NCBI RefSeq assembly: GCF_018977255.1
Contig: NW_024704742.1
Span: forward strand, 93,932,001-93,996,000
Source: Callorhinchus milii
Taxonomy: Eukaryota
Reading direction: 5' to 3'
Length of the DNA: 64,000 nt
Below the pieces are notes generated by a model that saw only the letters and a list, made by a program, of their open reading frames with translations, searched no databases and was not told the DNA's origin. Positions 1 through 12,966 of the stretch are shown here, in pieces. A program made the translations under genes and the position numbers. Each line of letters starts with the position of its first letter. The stretch's first letter is position 1.

Positions 1-155
1 ATTTCTGGGACACTGCTGTGTGCTGTTGACTGACATATTTCACCCACAAAATATAGTCAATTCACTTTACAGTATATTCTGTGAAGTGCTTTGGGACGTC
101 TCAACATGATAAGACGCTATATCAAATGCAAGTAATATATTATTATTTTATTATT
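1..155 (+). mobile_element. Family A SINE 3' half, cut by the window edge
   Basis: Deu core and ATCAAATGCAAG(TAT)n tail. Confidence 0.85.
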
Positions 156-2329
156 ATAATTATAGGAATTACAGCATAGAGGAAGGCTGTTCAACCCATT
201 GAGCCTAGGCTGGTTCCAGTTCCTTTACTAGAACTAATGATTCTAATCCCAATTCTCTGCTCCTTTATCCATACCCTCTTACATTCTTCCTCTTTAATAC
301 TTTATTCAGTACCTTTCACTTATTGTTATGATCAACATTTCTGGGAGTCTTTCGGGGAAGGAAGGAACTGCTGTAAACTGAAGCTTCCAAACTACAAAGC
401 GCAAGTGTTGGCTCTTGGAAACACTCAGGTGATAGTGGCTGCTCCTTGAATTAAATTCGCTATCAGGAGAGATTTACTTCAGTCTCATTTAATCAGATTC
501 AGCTCTGAAGATGATTCAAGCCTCCATAAATAACACCTGGTTATCTAAAACTACTGTATTTCAAACATAAACTGTTGATGCATATGAGGTAGGGGTTGTG
601 GCTTTCTGTTGTGGGCACCTTGTTCCACTGGCACCTCTCATTACATATCTTGTGTCTGGTACATAAGGGTCTGAAGGATTGTACATAAGTTTATGCAAAC
701 AACAGACCTGATGTGTCAAACATCAACACATGCTTCAGCTTGAGAGATCAGATGAGAGGTTGGTTCTTTACACCTTATCCGTTCAGAATGCCAACCTTAT
801 GGTCTTCGCATTACAGTGTCAAGATATTTTGTAAATGAGTCCAGTGCCCTGGCTTCAGCCATCTCCTTGGTAATCCATTCCAGCTGTTGATTACACTCTG
901 TGTAAAGATATGTTTTCTTATGTCTTGGCATTTTAATGCCTTGTGAATAATTCCCAGTACTGTGCTATCTTCACTGAAGGCTCAAGTTCTCAGTACAAAC
1001 TTTCATCTGCTACACATTGCCCTATATTAGAACATGGAGATCAACCAAGAGCGAGGATAAGGCTAACTGAAAGATCTCAAAGGGCATAAGCTTTAAACAG
1101 GACTGTACAATGTATTATTAGGTGCGTTACAGGATACATATTTTTACGTTGTAGATTACCAGCTTGAAAAACACCAGTTAAGTGAAAGCTCATTCCATTC
1201 AGATATAGCCGTCTCTTTGATCAATCGCCCAAGAAATCATCTGTGAGGTTCCATTTGGAATAATCTTCAGTAGGTTGCCACCTATCCAGTTTTGGACCAG
1301 ACATTCTATTTTTCAGTCATCTGTCTGGAAATTTCTAAAATGAAAACTCAACACTAAAACTTTTTTTTAAAATATTTGTTTTTTCAACATCCGTACATTC
1401 CACAACAGACTGAGCATAAGTTTTGGTGCGGAGGCATTACAATAAAGGTTATTAAAGTGTTCAATTAACTCAGCCATCAGGAAAGTCAACCTCAGAACGC
1501 AAGCAAGCTGTGTGATCCAATCATTGCCCCAATCCCATCAATCCCTGCCTGGTTTTGTCTTGGCAAAATGTGGCAACTATAATCTTTACACCTCCACTAA
1601 ACAGTACTGTCTGGATTTATATTCCAAAACAAATATTCTTTATGGCACAAGGTCCTTACAGCAGCTTTCACACCAAGCCAGTTACCTCACCTCAATGGGT
1701 ATGCACAACTCCAGTAGAATCCTATACTACGTGGCAGATAAATGAACTAGAAAAAAATCTTGGTCTTCTTCATTCTTTCAAAGTAGTTCATCATCCACAT
1801 ACCTCATTGGCACTTTCTTTTAGCACAGTCTCTAACTTGGATTTGGAGTGTTTGAACATTATGATTTAGTGTTGAACAGTTGTTTCCTTTGATGTGTAAT
1901 CATAAACTGCAGACTCTCTCCTCAGAAAGAACCCTGCATGGCTTTGTGGATGGACATTCATGCAGTGCGGGATTGGGGAGCGATCATATGAGTCTCCCAT
2001 GATTTCAGAGGATGAAATTCAGAATCACTTGAAAGATCTTGTCTGGCTGGTATCACAAAATATGTGAAGGATGTATTACATTTAAAGGATAAGCCAGACT
2101 CCTAAGACAAACATAGTCTTCATTTTTAAAAGACTTTTGAAAATCATTAATTGCATAAATAAAAGAAAATAAGACCACAGCATCTCAAAGGTCATCTCCC
2201 AACAATGAACTGTAGTCATACTAAACATGATGGTGGCTGAATTGTTAGCAATCTTGCCCGTGGACTAGAAGCTTGGTAGTTGCAGTCTTGGCCCAGGATG
2301 ACACTCAGTGCAGTACTGAGGCCTTCTGC

Positions 2330-2556
2330 ACATCCCTCATCCCGTTGTGCTTTCAACCACTATGCCCTGAAACTCCCTGCCTCATTCCCTTTACCTTGCC
2401 CTCTCTTTGCCTGTCTTCAGAATGCACCTGAAGACCTTCCTCTTCAACCAGGCCTACAACACCCCCTTGTTACAAAGCTGTCAAGTTCTGCCACTGTTAA
2501 GTGATCGGAGAAGCTACCCTGCATGAATAGTGCTATATAAATATAAATTGTTGTTT
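2330..2556 (+). mobile_element. L2 LINE 3' fragment, degraded
   Basis: AFNHYALKL motif and L2-type tail. Confidence 0.65.
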
Positions 2557-4425
2557 TAGCGTCAACGCTTGCTCTTCCAATGAAACCATCTTTTCTTCTT
2601 CATCTGAATCGATCTTGTGTAATGCCAACTCCCTGCTCTTTCCTTGTGCCTTCCAATACCCTTCCATCGCATGTGCATATTGAATTCCCCTGTTAAATGT
2701 CCCAATCTTTTCTATTCCAACAGCTACTCCTGGTGATTCATTACATATTTTGAAAAACGTTGGAGAGAAGTTCTGAACGTACCTTTCAGCTCTTAATGAT
2801 AATTTTACATTCTCAACGATTATACCACATTTTATTTAGATTAAACAATTGACGCTTTAGATTCTCTAAGATAAACTAATAATCGCAATTACTGCTTTAC
2901 CAGACCTGGCCATATTTGAATGCCCTCTGGGACTGGGCAGGCAGCTCTGCCATGACCTGAATCACCAGGATGTCCTGCCCTTTCGCCTTCTGACTCTGAC
3001 CCCATATGATGATTGACTCGATGTTGTGTCTTGTTTATAGTCAGACCTCGAGTAAACTGAGCTCAGGGCATGAATCTGTTGAACGACCCTGTTCATAATC
3101 CTAGATTCTAACAGAGAAACTGCAGGGGTGTAATTGATTTTTGTGCCGTGCCCAAAGCATTTTTTTTCTTTTTAAATTTCAATTTAAAAGTGGCCGGAGT
3201 GGACAGGAGGTGGACCAGATAATGTGTAGGGGAGCAAATTTGTTTATAAGTCTGTTTCCATTTTAGACAATGAGCATCTTATCAAACCTACTCTGTAGAT
3301 GTGTCTGATTAAAGCCAGCACTAAATTCATGTACAAGACTTGAATCATCAAAGGGGAGCCCTGGTTTCCACTGACTGCAAACTCAAGTCAATCTCTATTT
3401 GACAATCTGAACCGAGCGATATTGATGCTATGCTATGATCAAATCTGAAACTAGACCTGACCCCAGATAACCTCAGAGCACTGTACCAGAGGCAGGAGCA
3501 AACTTAAACAGAAAACCTTTGACTGCCTGGAGAACACACATCACATTTTAAAAGAGATTGGAAACAAGAACATTTTGGAGTTTTTAAAAGCTTATTTTTT
3601 ATTGGTTTCTTTTTGTAGGTTTCTCAATTTGTGTTCATTTTAAATATATATATATCTTTAAATGGGAGTTTACCCGCTTACTTGCAGGATGCCAACAACA
3701 AACACTGCATGAAGGCTTCACTTGTGAAATCCCACTGCTTTTCAATTAGTCACAGAGTCCAAATTGTCTTTAAGGCTAAATCAGTGTTTGCAGGAGCTGA
3801 CCTTCTATGTAATAAAGCCCCTCTCCCCACTCCTCCTCCCAAATCTTTCGAATTCCTGTAAAATATTTGACTGCTCCTAAGGCACTGATGTCAACCTTGA
3901 ACTCTTGCTCTTAAGCAAACACTTAATCTGTACACTTGGCTGATCTGCTGAGCAGGTAGTTTGACACCCTGGGACCTCTAGTTTAATCACATAAACTCAA
4001 AACTCATTCGGCTCAGGTATGATTAGAACTCTTCAGACTGAAGAATAAAGGTATTCCTGTTTCCTAGTGTGAATTTCAGAAGTTAATATAGTAGTTAATA
4101 TTAAGTAAATATAAAGTTAATATTTCTAATATTGATGAGTAATATTCTGGATGGATATGTAAAAGCAATCAGAAAGGCATCTTACCTTGCATTTCTGTAT
4201 TTTTAAGTGCTCTGACATGCTTCCACACCTGAAAGGCACTATATAAATTCAAGTTGTTGTTGTTTTCCCAGCCTCTCCTAAAGAGCAGAAATATTCTGCT
4301 GAAAATTGTATGACATTAAACAGCTCACCCAGTAGCTCAGTAGTGAAAGCCATCACCCAGTGTGCAGATGAGCCATGCAAATGCCAAAGGTGCCAGGTCC
4401 AATCCCAAGTCCACAAGTAAATTGT

Positions 4426-4812
4426 GAAGTCCTGTAGCTCCATGGTTAGAGCACTCGCCTCGCAAGCAAGAGACGTGGGTCCGATTCCTGGGCAGAGCAA
4501 AATGTTGGGCAAGTTTCCTTATTTCACACTCCTCTATTTACCTAGCAGTAAGTAGGAATACAGTTGTTAGTTGATTGGAAGGTCGCTTTTCTGGGAATAA
4601 TAATTCCTCCAAAAAAATAATAATAATATTAATAATAATTTGAGCACTCAATCCACGACTGTTTGTGGGACACTGCTGTGCACAATTGGCTGCTGCATTT
4701 TTCCCACAAAATATACAGTCAATTCACTTTACAGTATATTCTGTGAAAAGTTTTTTGAGACGTCTCAAAGAAATGATAAGGCGCTATATCAAATGCAAGG
4801 ATTATTATTACT
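4426..4812 (+). mobile_element. tRNA-head / Deu-domain / L2-tail SINE (family A), full length
   Basis: Head GTCCTGTAGCTC..GGTTAGAGCACTCGCCTCGCAAG with B-box GTCCGATTCC; Deu core TGTGGGACACTGCTGTGCACAATTGGCTGC; tail ATCAAATGCAAGG(ATT)n. Confidence 0.9.
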
Positions 4813-6449
4813 ACTACAATGGAGTGTAAACCTAAACTATGAACTAAGCAAATAGCTAGAATTTGACAAAGACAAGAAACCAACACTACTGAAATTTAGA
4901 TGCCATCACTATAATTCATTCACATTGTTCCTGTAGTTCCTTTGACAAGTGCTTTGGGACGTCCTCCTGATATGAAAGGCACTATACCAAGTGCCAGGAT
5001 TATTATTATTGCTATTATCACCGACATTTTAATATTCAGCCAATGACAATGTGTTAGGTCACTCATTCGAAGCATATACAAGAAATTATTATCAAACGAA
5101 AATGAATATCTGAGGAATAGGACTAACAAAAGCTTTTTAAAATCTCTTTTATAAATAGAGTTAATGATAATTGCTACATTTAAAAAGGGGAAATCAATAA
5201 AGAAAAAAAAAATTACTTTTTCCCAACAATTTTCTCTCATTGTCTCCTGAAGACTATGATAATCTGCTGGTGTTCAGCTCCACAGGCTCTGCCACCTTCC
5301 ATTACCTTGCCCAAGCAGCGATGCAGCAGTTTGATATTGTTCAGTGTAGAGGAGGGATATTGAAGGATAAAGAGTAAAAATAAGGGAATTGTTTTTTGAT
5401 TAATGGCCTTCATCGGAGGAACACACACTGACGCCACTAGAATAGGTTACAATGACCTCCTACTGTGTCTATCTTTCTATGTTCCAATGTGATCCTACAC
5501 CATGATTGTTTACTTGTGTTCAAGTTCTTTAACCACAGAGAGTGTGTGTGTGTGTATGTGTGTGTGGGGTGGGGGAGGATTGATCCTGTATTGATCCTGC
5601 ACTATAAATTCTATAAAAATTACGATAAAAAGTTTTTAGTGTCTCTCCACATCCCTGATTCCCTGATTTCCAATCCCAACTGGAAGTAAATGAATACAAT
5701 CTGGTCCTTCATTGGCTACAAATCGACTTCAAAGGCCTATGTTTTAGCCTATTGGAACTATTGGATATTTAGAGTTGTCTTGCCTGTGCCACTGAAGTGA
5801 TCAGATCAATTCCATGGCTTCCACCATACGTCAGGCACGCTACTCGTTTGAGGAGATAACTCAGCTGCATCCGAGTGGAGCTGTCACTCCTGAAACAAGC
5901 CATGGATCCATAGAGGGGAAAAAAGAGGCAAATGACACAGTTCACTCCTGAAATCAATGACTACCAAAGGGAAACTCTCTTTACACCCATTTCAGCTTCA
6001 TTCAAATAGTTTGACCCAAATGGTAGTTACTTACAGCACCGATCTTGCCAGCAGTGCCCTTGATTCTTGCCGCCACACAGATCCCATTGCAGTGTTGGTT
6101 CAGGAAATATCAGTCTAATGCAGCTTTGAATTAGCACTGAAATGCACAGTGACGTGATCAAAGGGACTGACAGTCAGCTCAATAACTGTAAGAACTAATC
6201 TTAGACATTCTTGCAATTATTGACTTCCCATTTGCAATTAATAATAACGGCTGGATTCAATGTTTTTTCCATTGATGTCATCGATGGAAATGTCTTGTTA
6301 AAACCAACTCCTTAACAGCATAATATAATCATTGTAGATAATTTAGAAAAATTATAAGTTGTTTTCAAAGCCAAAAATCCCTCACAAATTCCATCACAGT
6401 AAAGGACAATAACTCCTGACAAGTATGGAAAGCAGAGCAGGTTCACAGT

Positions 6450-6945
6450 AAACAACAACAACAACAACAACAAGATTCCATTTATAAAGCGCCTTTCACG
6501 TCAGGAGGACGTCCCAAGGCGCTGCACAGTTGGGTCATGACCCGAGCAGGGGGGAAATGGTCAGGGTGAGGGAAGGGAGGGAGCAAGGAGGGGGGAAATG
6601 GTCAGGGTGAGGAGAGGGAAGGGAGGGAGCGAGGAGGGGAAGAGAGTCGAGAGGGAGCTGAAGGCACGGTCAAAGAGAAAGGTTTTGAGACGGCCTTGAA
6701 GGAGGAAAGGGAGGAAGCAAGGCGAAGGCACTGGGGGATAGAGTTCCAGAGCCTGGGGGCTGAGAGGCTGAAGGCCCGACCACCGATGGTAGGGCGGTTG
6801 GGGCGGGGACGTGGAGCAGACCAGAGCCAGAGGAACGGAGGGTACGGGCAGGTAGGTAGGGGGATAGTAGGTTGGAGAGGTAGGAGGGAGCAAGGCCGTG
6901 AATGGCCTTGTAGGTGAGGATGAGGATCTTGAAATCAAGGTAGGG
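6450..6945 (-). mobile_element. L2 LINE 3' fragment
   Basis: FKILILTYKAIHGLAPSYLS..RTLRSS in ORF 6670-6987; (CAA)n tail at about 6452. Confidence 0.9.
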
Positions 6946-7904
6946 AGAATAGAGGTGAGATTCATGATAAAGTATAATATTAGTCAAATATTAAGCTGTA
7001 CGTTGTATCTGATTTATAGACCATCTGCTTGCTACATATTTAAAAAATGCAAAATATTTAATTTTGTCTAATTGAAGTCATGTCCAACACTAATAATTTG
7101 GTTAATTTATGTTTTTGTCGTGATGTGCTAAACCATTACGCTTTGGGTAATTCACTGTGGAAAATGCAGATGGACAGTTAATCTTCCCAAAATTGTTATT
7201 ACTGCAAATAGGACCATCCCTCAACAGGTCTTAAATATGGAGTACTATTGCCAAACACACAATCCACACACACTGACCGCAGGTAATTCAGCTCCTTGGA
7301 ACTTCCACAGACAGTGACTTCAGGAGATGGTCAATTTGGCTGTGGATGCTCTTTGTGATAATAGGGTATCAGTCCAAAATTACATCTTATTAGCAATTTA
7401 GTCTCTCCCCTCCCACAGTCAACGTTGACTAAGATAGTAGAGACTGATTACTTGGAATCATACGGCCTTTACATTACAATTTTCAGGAAGTTTGTTCATC
7501 AGTTAGCTAAGAATGCAGGTGATGACATTTCTCAGAAAAATTGACTGAAAGTCTGGGAGAACTAAATAGGAATTGTGCTGGGTATTAAGACTTTTTATGA
7601 AGCAAAAGGTTCCTTGGCTCAGTTGGAAGCCCTTTTGATTCTTGGCTCATTTGATAATGCTCTTAGCTCTGGGACAGAAGGTTGTGGGTTCAAGACCCAT
7701 TTTGGGCTGTGAGACTCCATAGTCTAGCCTGATGTTTTAGGAAAGTAATGCATTGTCAGAAGTGCTGTCTTTTGGAAATGCCCTTAAACCAAGTCGATGT
7801 TGAAGATCCCACAACATATTTGAAAACATAAGTGCGTTTATCCTGGTTTCTTGGTCAACGATCTTCAAAATTCATCATATTGTTGGTTGTGGGACCTTAA
7901 GGGG

Positions 7905-8278
7905 AGCAAGCCCTCCCTCTCCGACCTCCTAACCCCATATCAGCCTGACCGCTCCCTCCGCTCGGCGGACACCAGCCTGCTTCAGGTCCCCCGCACCATT
8001 AGTGGTCGGGTATTCAGCATCTCTGTCCCCACACTCTAGAACTCTATCCCCCAATCTCTCCGCCTCACCTCATCTCTTGCCTTCTTCAAGTCCCATCAAA
8101 AGGCCTTCCTCTTTGACCGTGTCTTCGGCCACTCTCCCACCCCCACCCCCCACTGCCCTCCACCCTTCCTGACCCCAACTCCCAGCTCGGGTCCAAAACC
8201 CCCGGACTGTCCAGCGCTCTGGGACGTCTTGCTGAAGTGAAGGGCACTATACTAGTGTAATTTGTTGTTGTTGTTGTT
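7905..8278 (+). mobile_element. L2 LINE 3' fragment inserted into an older Deu-SINE
   Basis: LSDLLTPYQPDRSLRS motif and (TTG)n tail; it splits the SINE at 7612-8370. Confidence 0.85.
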
Positions 8279-8780
8279 AGTACAAATGGCTGATGTGGCT
8301 GATAATTACATAATCAATAATTATCATTGAGGAAAAGGTGCTCTAAAAATAGAAGTTCCTTTCTTCCCTGTTTGTGAAAATGAATGATTTAGACCTCTAC
8401 ATGAGACGTTCCTTTCTGCCCTTCCAAGGAATCACTTGCCCTGAGTAATAGGTGCTCTGCTGGGAATACCGAGGGTTTTATTCCAGTAGTGTGACATTGT
8501 AACTCTATTTTCAAAAACATCAAAATTGCTATTAAAATAATGCCATAATACATTGTCAAAATAGGAATGCTACAGAAACATTTTGTGGGTAAACATCCTC
8601 CCCATTTACCCCCCAGTTAATTTGTTTTGCAAATTTGGTGATATTTATTCTTAGCGCTAACAAACAGTCTGACTTAAAAGGAAAATGAAAATGAAAAGAA
8701 AGTATCATAGAAAATGGGACAGTGAGATTTTGCAATAAATGCACATTATAAAGTGTGAAGCCAGTTGGGATACAGAAATG

Positions 8781-9047
8781 TGGAGTCCTGTAGCTTAGTG
8801 GTTAGAACACTCACCTCGTAAGCAAGAGGACCTGGGTTCGATTCCCGGGCAAGTTTCCTTACTCCACATGCCTCTGTTTACTTAGCAGTAAGTAGGAACC
8901 TGGTTGTTAGTCTGCTGCAATTGGCTGCAGTGTTTTGCCCACAAAATATACTCAATTCACTTCACAGCATATCCTGTGAAGCGCTTTGAGATGTCTTGAA
9001 TACTTGATCAGGCACTATACCAATGCAGGGATTATTATTATTATTAT
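8781..9047 (+). mobile_element. Family A SINE, internally deleted
   Basis: Same head and tail as the 4426 copy. Confidence 0.88.
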
Positions 9048-9811
9048 AAAATAGCTGTTGCTTCTTTAAAAAAAAGGGTTTTAACTATTCTGTACAAAAT
9101 GAGTATTCTCCAGGCCTGATGATCTTGCTCTGTTTAATTATTTGCAGCAAAGAGTGATCAGATAAGGGCTTACTGATTATCAGTGTTACTGTGGTACTTA
9201 TCCCTAAAAATCCCTACCCAGAATCAAAGCTAATAGTGTGAAAGAAGTAAAATAACCAGGCAGAGTTCTCAGAAGATTTGAGGCAGAACTGCTGCTTAAC
9301 CATTAAGGTCATAATGAGCCCAACATTCCTCTTCTCATAAGAAAACAGGAAAAAGGCTGTTTTCTTTTCTCCCCTGCTCCTCTCCTCCTCTCCTTTTCCT
9401 CCTCCTCCTCTGTTCTCCTGAAGGCATAGAGTTCCACAGGTCGCAATTGCCCCCAGTACCTCACCCAAATAAATGGTCATTATTCTGTGCTCTGGGACAC
9501 TTCCCATTACCCTATATAAATGCATGTTGTTGTCATTCATGTGTGAGCCACGATAGCACATGTCAGCAGATATATTCGGCAATAGACCCTACGTTGGGGT
9601 GTTTGTCCACAAAACCACAGTCACTGCATTTTACATATATCCTGTGAAGCGCTTTGGGACACTCTCCCAGTGTGAAAGGCGCTATACCAAAAATAAGGAT
9701 TATTATTAGTCTAATTGCATTCTCCTGCTCTCCGCTCTGTTATATCTTTTTCAAACATCTGTCTTTGTAAATTAATTTATGGATTCAGTTTAAGCTGTTT
9801 TTTTCCACATT

Positions 9812-10580
9812 CCAACACCAACAACAGCTTATGTTTATGGAGCACCCTTCACTTACAGTAAAGAGTAATGTCTCACAATGCTTTACACTGACTGCGAAGG
9901 CACCAAACAGGAATGAGAGGTGGGCGGGAGAAGGTGACCAGAAACATGGCCAAAGATTTCTCCAGATTTTAGGCACTTCTGAAGACAGATAGGGAGGAGA
10001 GAGATATAAATGTACACCCCAGAAGAAGGCCATTTGTCCCATTATGTCAATAGATGGAGGAAGAGAATTCTAGAGGGTAGAGGCATAGTGCTGAAGACTA
10101 GCCTGTCGATGGTGGGGCAGAAAGGATGAGAGAAACACAGCAGCCCCAAGTTTGCCAAACGACAGAGAGTGAAATTGTAAAGAATGTGCTGCACGGAAAC
10201 AGGCCACTTGAGTCCAACCAGTCCATGCTGGTGTTTATACTCCAAATGAGTCTTCATCCACTCTTTCACTTCTATTCCCCTCTCCCTCATGTGAAGATCT
10301 AGTTTCCTCTTGAATGCATCTATACAATAACAACAAATTGCATTTATATAGCGCCTTTCATATCGGGAGGATGTCACAAGGCACTGGACAATGAGGAGTT
10401 TATACTCGAACTGCAGTTTGTGATCAGAGAGAGGTAGAGGGCAAGGGGGATGGAGGAGGAAAGATGGCCTAAGGCATAGTCGAAAAGGAAGGTCTTGAGA
10501 CAAGCCTTGAAGGAGGCAAGGGTGGGGGGAAGGCAGAGGCACTTCAGGATGGAGTTCCAGAGGGTGGGGGCAGAAAGACC
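9812..10580 (-). mobile_element. Two tandem degraded L2 3' fragments, with a short CR1-like 3' piece between them
   Basis: APTLWNS..LASFKACLKTFLF motif; (CAA)n tails at about 9812 and 10326. Confidence 0.7.
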
Positions 10581-11049
10581 ATTTGGTATAGCTTCTTTTA
10601 CGTTAGGAGGATGTTCCAAAATGTTTCACAGAATATACTGCAAAGTGAAGCGACTGTGTATTTGTAGGCTAACGTGACAGACCAATTGCACACAACAATT
10701 TCCTACAAACAGAGTGACCAATTTAATATGGGGGTTTTGTTGAACAGGAGACCATTGGAAACTCTCTTGTCTTTTCGAATAGCACCATGGGATCGTTAAC
10801 ATCCACCTGAACAAGCAGAGGAGACCTCGATTTTATGTCACATCCGAAGGATGGCATCTCTGACAATGCCACACACACCCATCACTGCACTGGAGTGTCA
10901 TTTTAGAGAATGTGTTTGAGTCCTGGCTTGAACCCATAACGATCTGACTCAGATCTGAGAGTGCTACCAACTGAACCAGACTGACACAATAATCTACAGT
11001 AATACTATTTACTCCTCTAAGGTATTCTGTCAGTGGTTGTGGAAGTCGG

Positions 11050-11218
11050 ATTTCAAAAGTGATGCACCAATCGACCAACAACCAGGTTCCTACTTACTTG
11101 CAGGCAAACAGGCGTGTGGAGGAGGGAAACTTGCCCAACGTTTCGCCCTGCCAGGGATCAAATCCAGGTCCTCTCGCTTGCAAGGCCAGTGCTCTAACCA
11201 CTAAACTGCAGGACTCCA
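11050..11218 (-). mobile_element. Family A SINE 5' half
   Basis: Reverse-complement tRNA-like head. Confidence 0.8.
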
Positions 11219-12794
11219 ATACCACAGTAGTTGGCTTTCTCTGCAAATGTTTTCTTTATCTAGCAGTAAGATCAAATCCATCAGTCACCTGCTCTCCTCT
11301 TCCCTCACTTCTGTGTTGCCCGAGGGAGCAGTCAGTAACCACTTAAAAAATGTCTGCTTTTGTTTCAATGATTATTCCTGGGAAATGGCTCCCTCTGAAG
11401 TCAGTCCCAATATAAGGTACAATATTAACACTTATTTTTGTGCAAGGACTCACTTCCGAAAGAAAAGTGTTCTGAAGCGGGCAGTAGATTTTTTGTGGTA
11501 TTCAGTATGAACCCGCTTGGTTAAGCTGTGCCTTGACTTGAGCAAATGATCTTTGAGCAAATGATCTTTGAGCAAAGTGTGCCAATTTTAATTTAAAAAA
11601 ACACAAATATTACAAAGCAGAGACATTCTGTCTGAAAAATAATAAACTGTCACAAAGGGAGTTTCTTTCCAATATAATAATTTTGTCTTCCAGACAAGCA
11701 GATTGAGACGGAAATTGAAATAAAATTTCTGGAAATGTACTGCAGCTTGTCCTGTGACGGAGAGAGAAAAATGGCTTGAATGTTTTGTTATGAGCCTTTC
11801 TGCATTTGTTATTTTCCTTGTTATTTGCAATTGCCCTGATTTCACTGGTGGTGAACTTTACTTGTCCCATTGTTAACTTTTTCAGATTCTCTCATTCAAA
11901 CAGTTTCCATCATGGCTCACTTTATGTTCTGTTGGACCTTTCAGAACTTGTGTCTCTCCACAGACCTATGGTCTACGTTGTGCGGAGGTTCAAAACCAGT
12001 TTGGGGTTTTGCTATCTTCTAGTTAGACAATGGAGCCTTAATTATAGCAATTCACAACAGAATTCCTTCATAAGAACATCAAGTTACAAATGTTGACTTT
12101 CACACCAACTCAGCTCCAAAGCAATCTATTTACAGACTATGTTATCTCATCCAGACATGTTTCCTGGAAGATAGATGTGTACTGATGTGCTCTATCATCA
12201 ATAATCACCATATACCTAGACAGGACCTCCTGCCAAATCAAAGTTATTGCATTGTCCATGGAAGGTGCTTTAGCTGAAGCATTAGCTAAAATAGAATTGT
12301 ACAGATTTCGATCAGTGGAATTTCGATTTCGATTTGGAATTGGGAGGCTTCTCTCCTGCTTGTGAGCGTTAAAACATTGATAAATAAGCTTCAATTCTAA
12401 AACTGGTATTATTATGGGAGTACCAACGTGAAGCTCCTAGGATGCCAGTTTCATAAATTGAATGATGTGCATGCACAGTTCCTCTAAGACGCGTCTTAAT
12501 AGACAATACCCAGACACTCACCCTCTCAGTTTCCAATTCCAGCATCTGTCAGAGAAAGAAATGTGATGCTATTTATCTTGTAAATGTCACACTTGTGATT
12601 TTGTTGTTGGGTGTTTTCTAGCATGATAATGAAGGTTAGTTATTCATTATTAATAGCTAATAAAGAATTAACAAATAACAAATACATACTAAATACATAA
12701 TAACTGTTAGTTATTAATTATTGATAATGAATACATAACTTGTTGTTAGTTATTAAGTTATTAATGATAATTGGGGTAATACATCCCTTTTACA

Positions 12795-12966
12795 AATGTG
12801 GCCACTCAATCTACAAATGTTTGGGGTACACTGCTATGCGCAATTGGCTGCCATGTTTCACTCACAAAATATACAATCAATTTAATTTACAGTATATTCT
12901 GTGAAGCACTTTGAGATGTCTCAATGACACGATAAGGCTCTATATCAAATGCAAGGATTATTATTA
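12795..12966 (+). mobile_element. Family A SINE 3' half
   Basis: Deu core and tail. Confidence 0.8.

Noticed and set aside
11539..11576. 15-bp tandem repeat TTGAGCAAATGATCT (about 2.5 copies)
   Set aside because: An ordinary slippage duplication with no sign of function.
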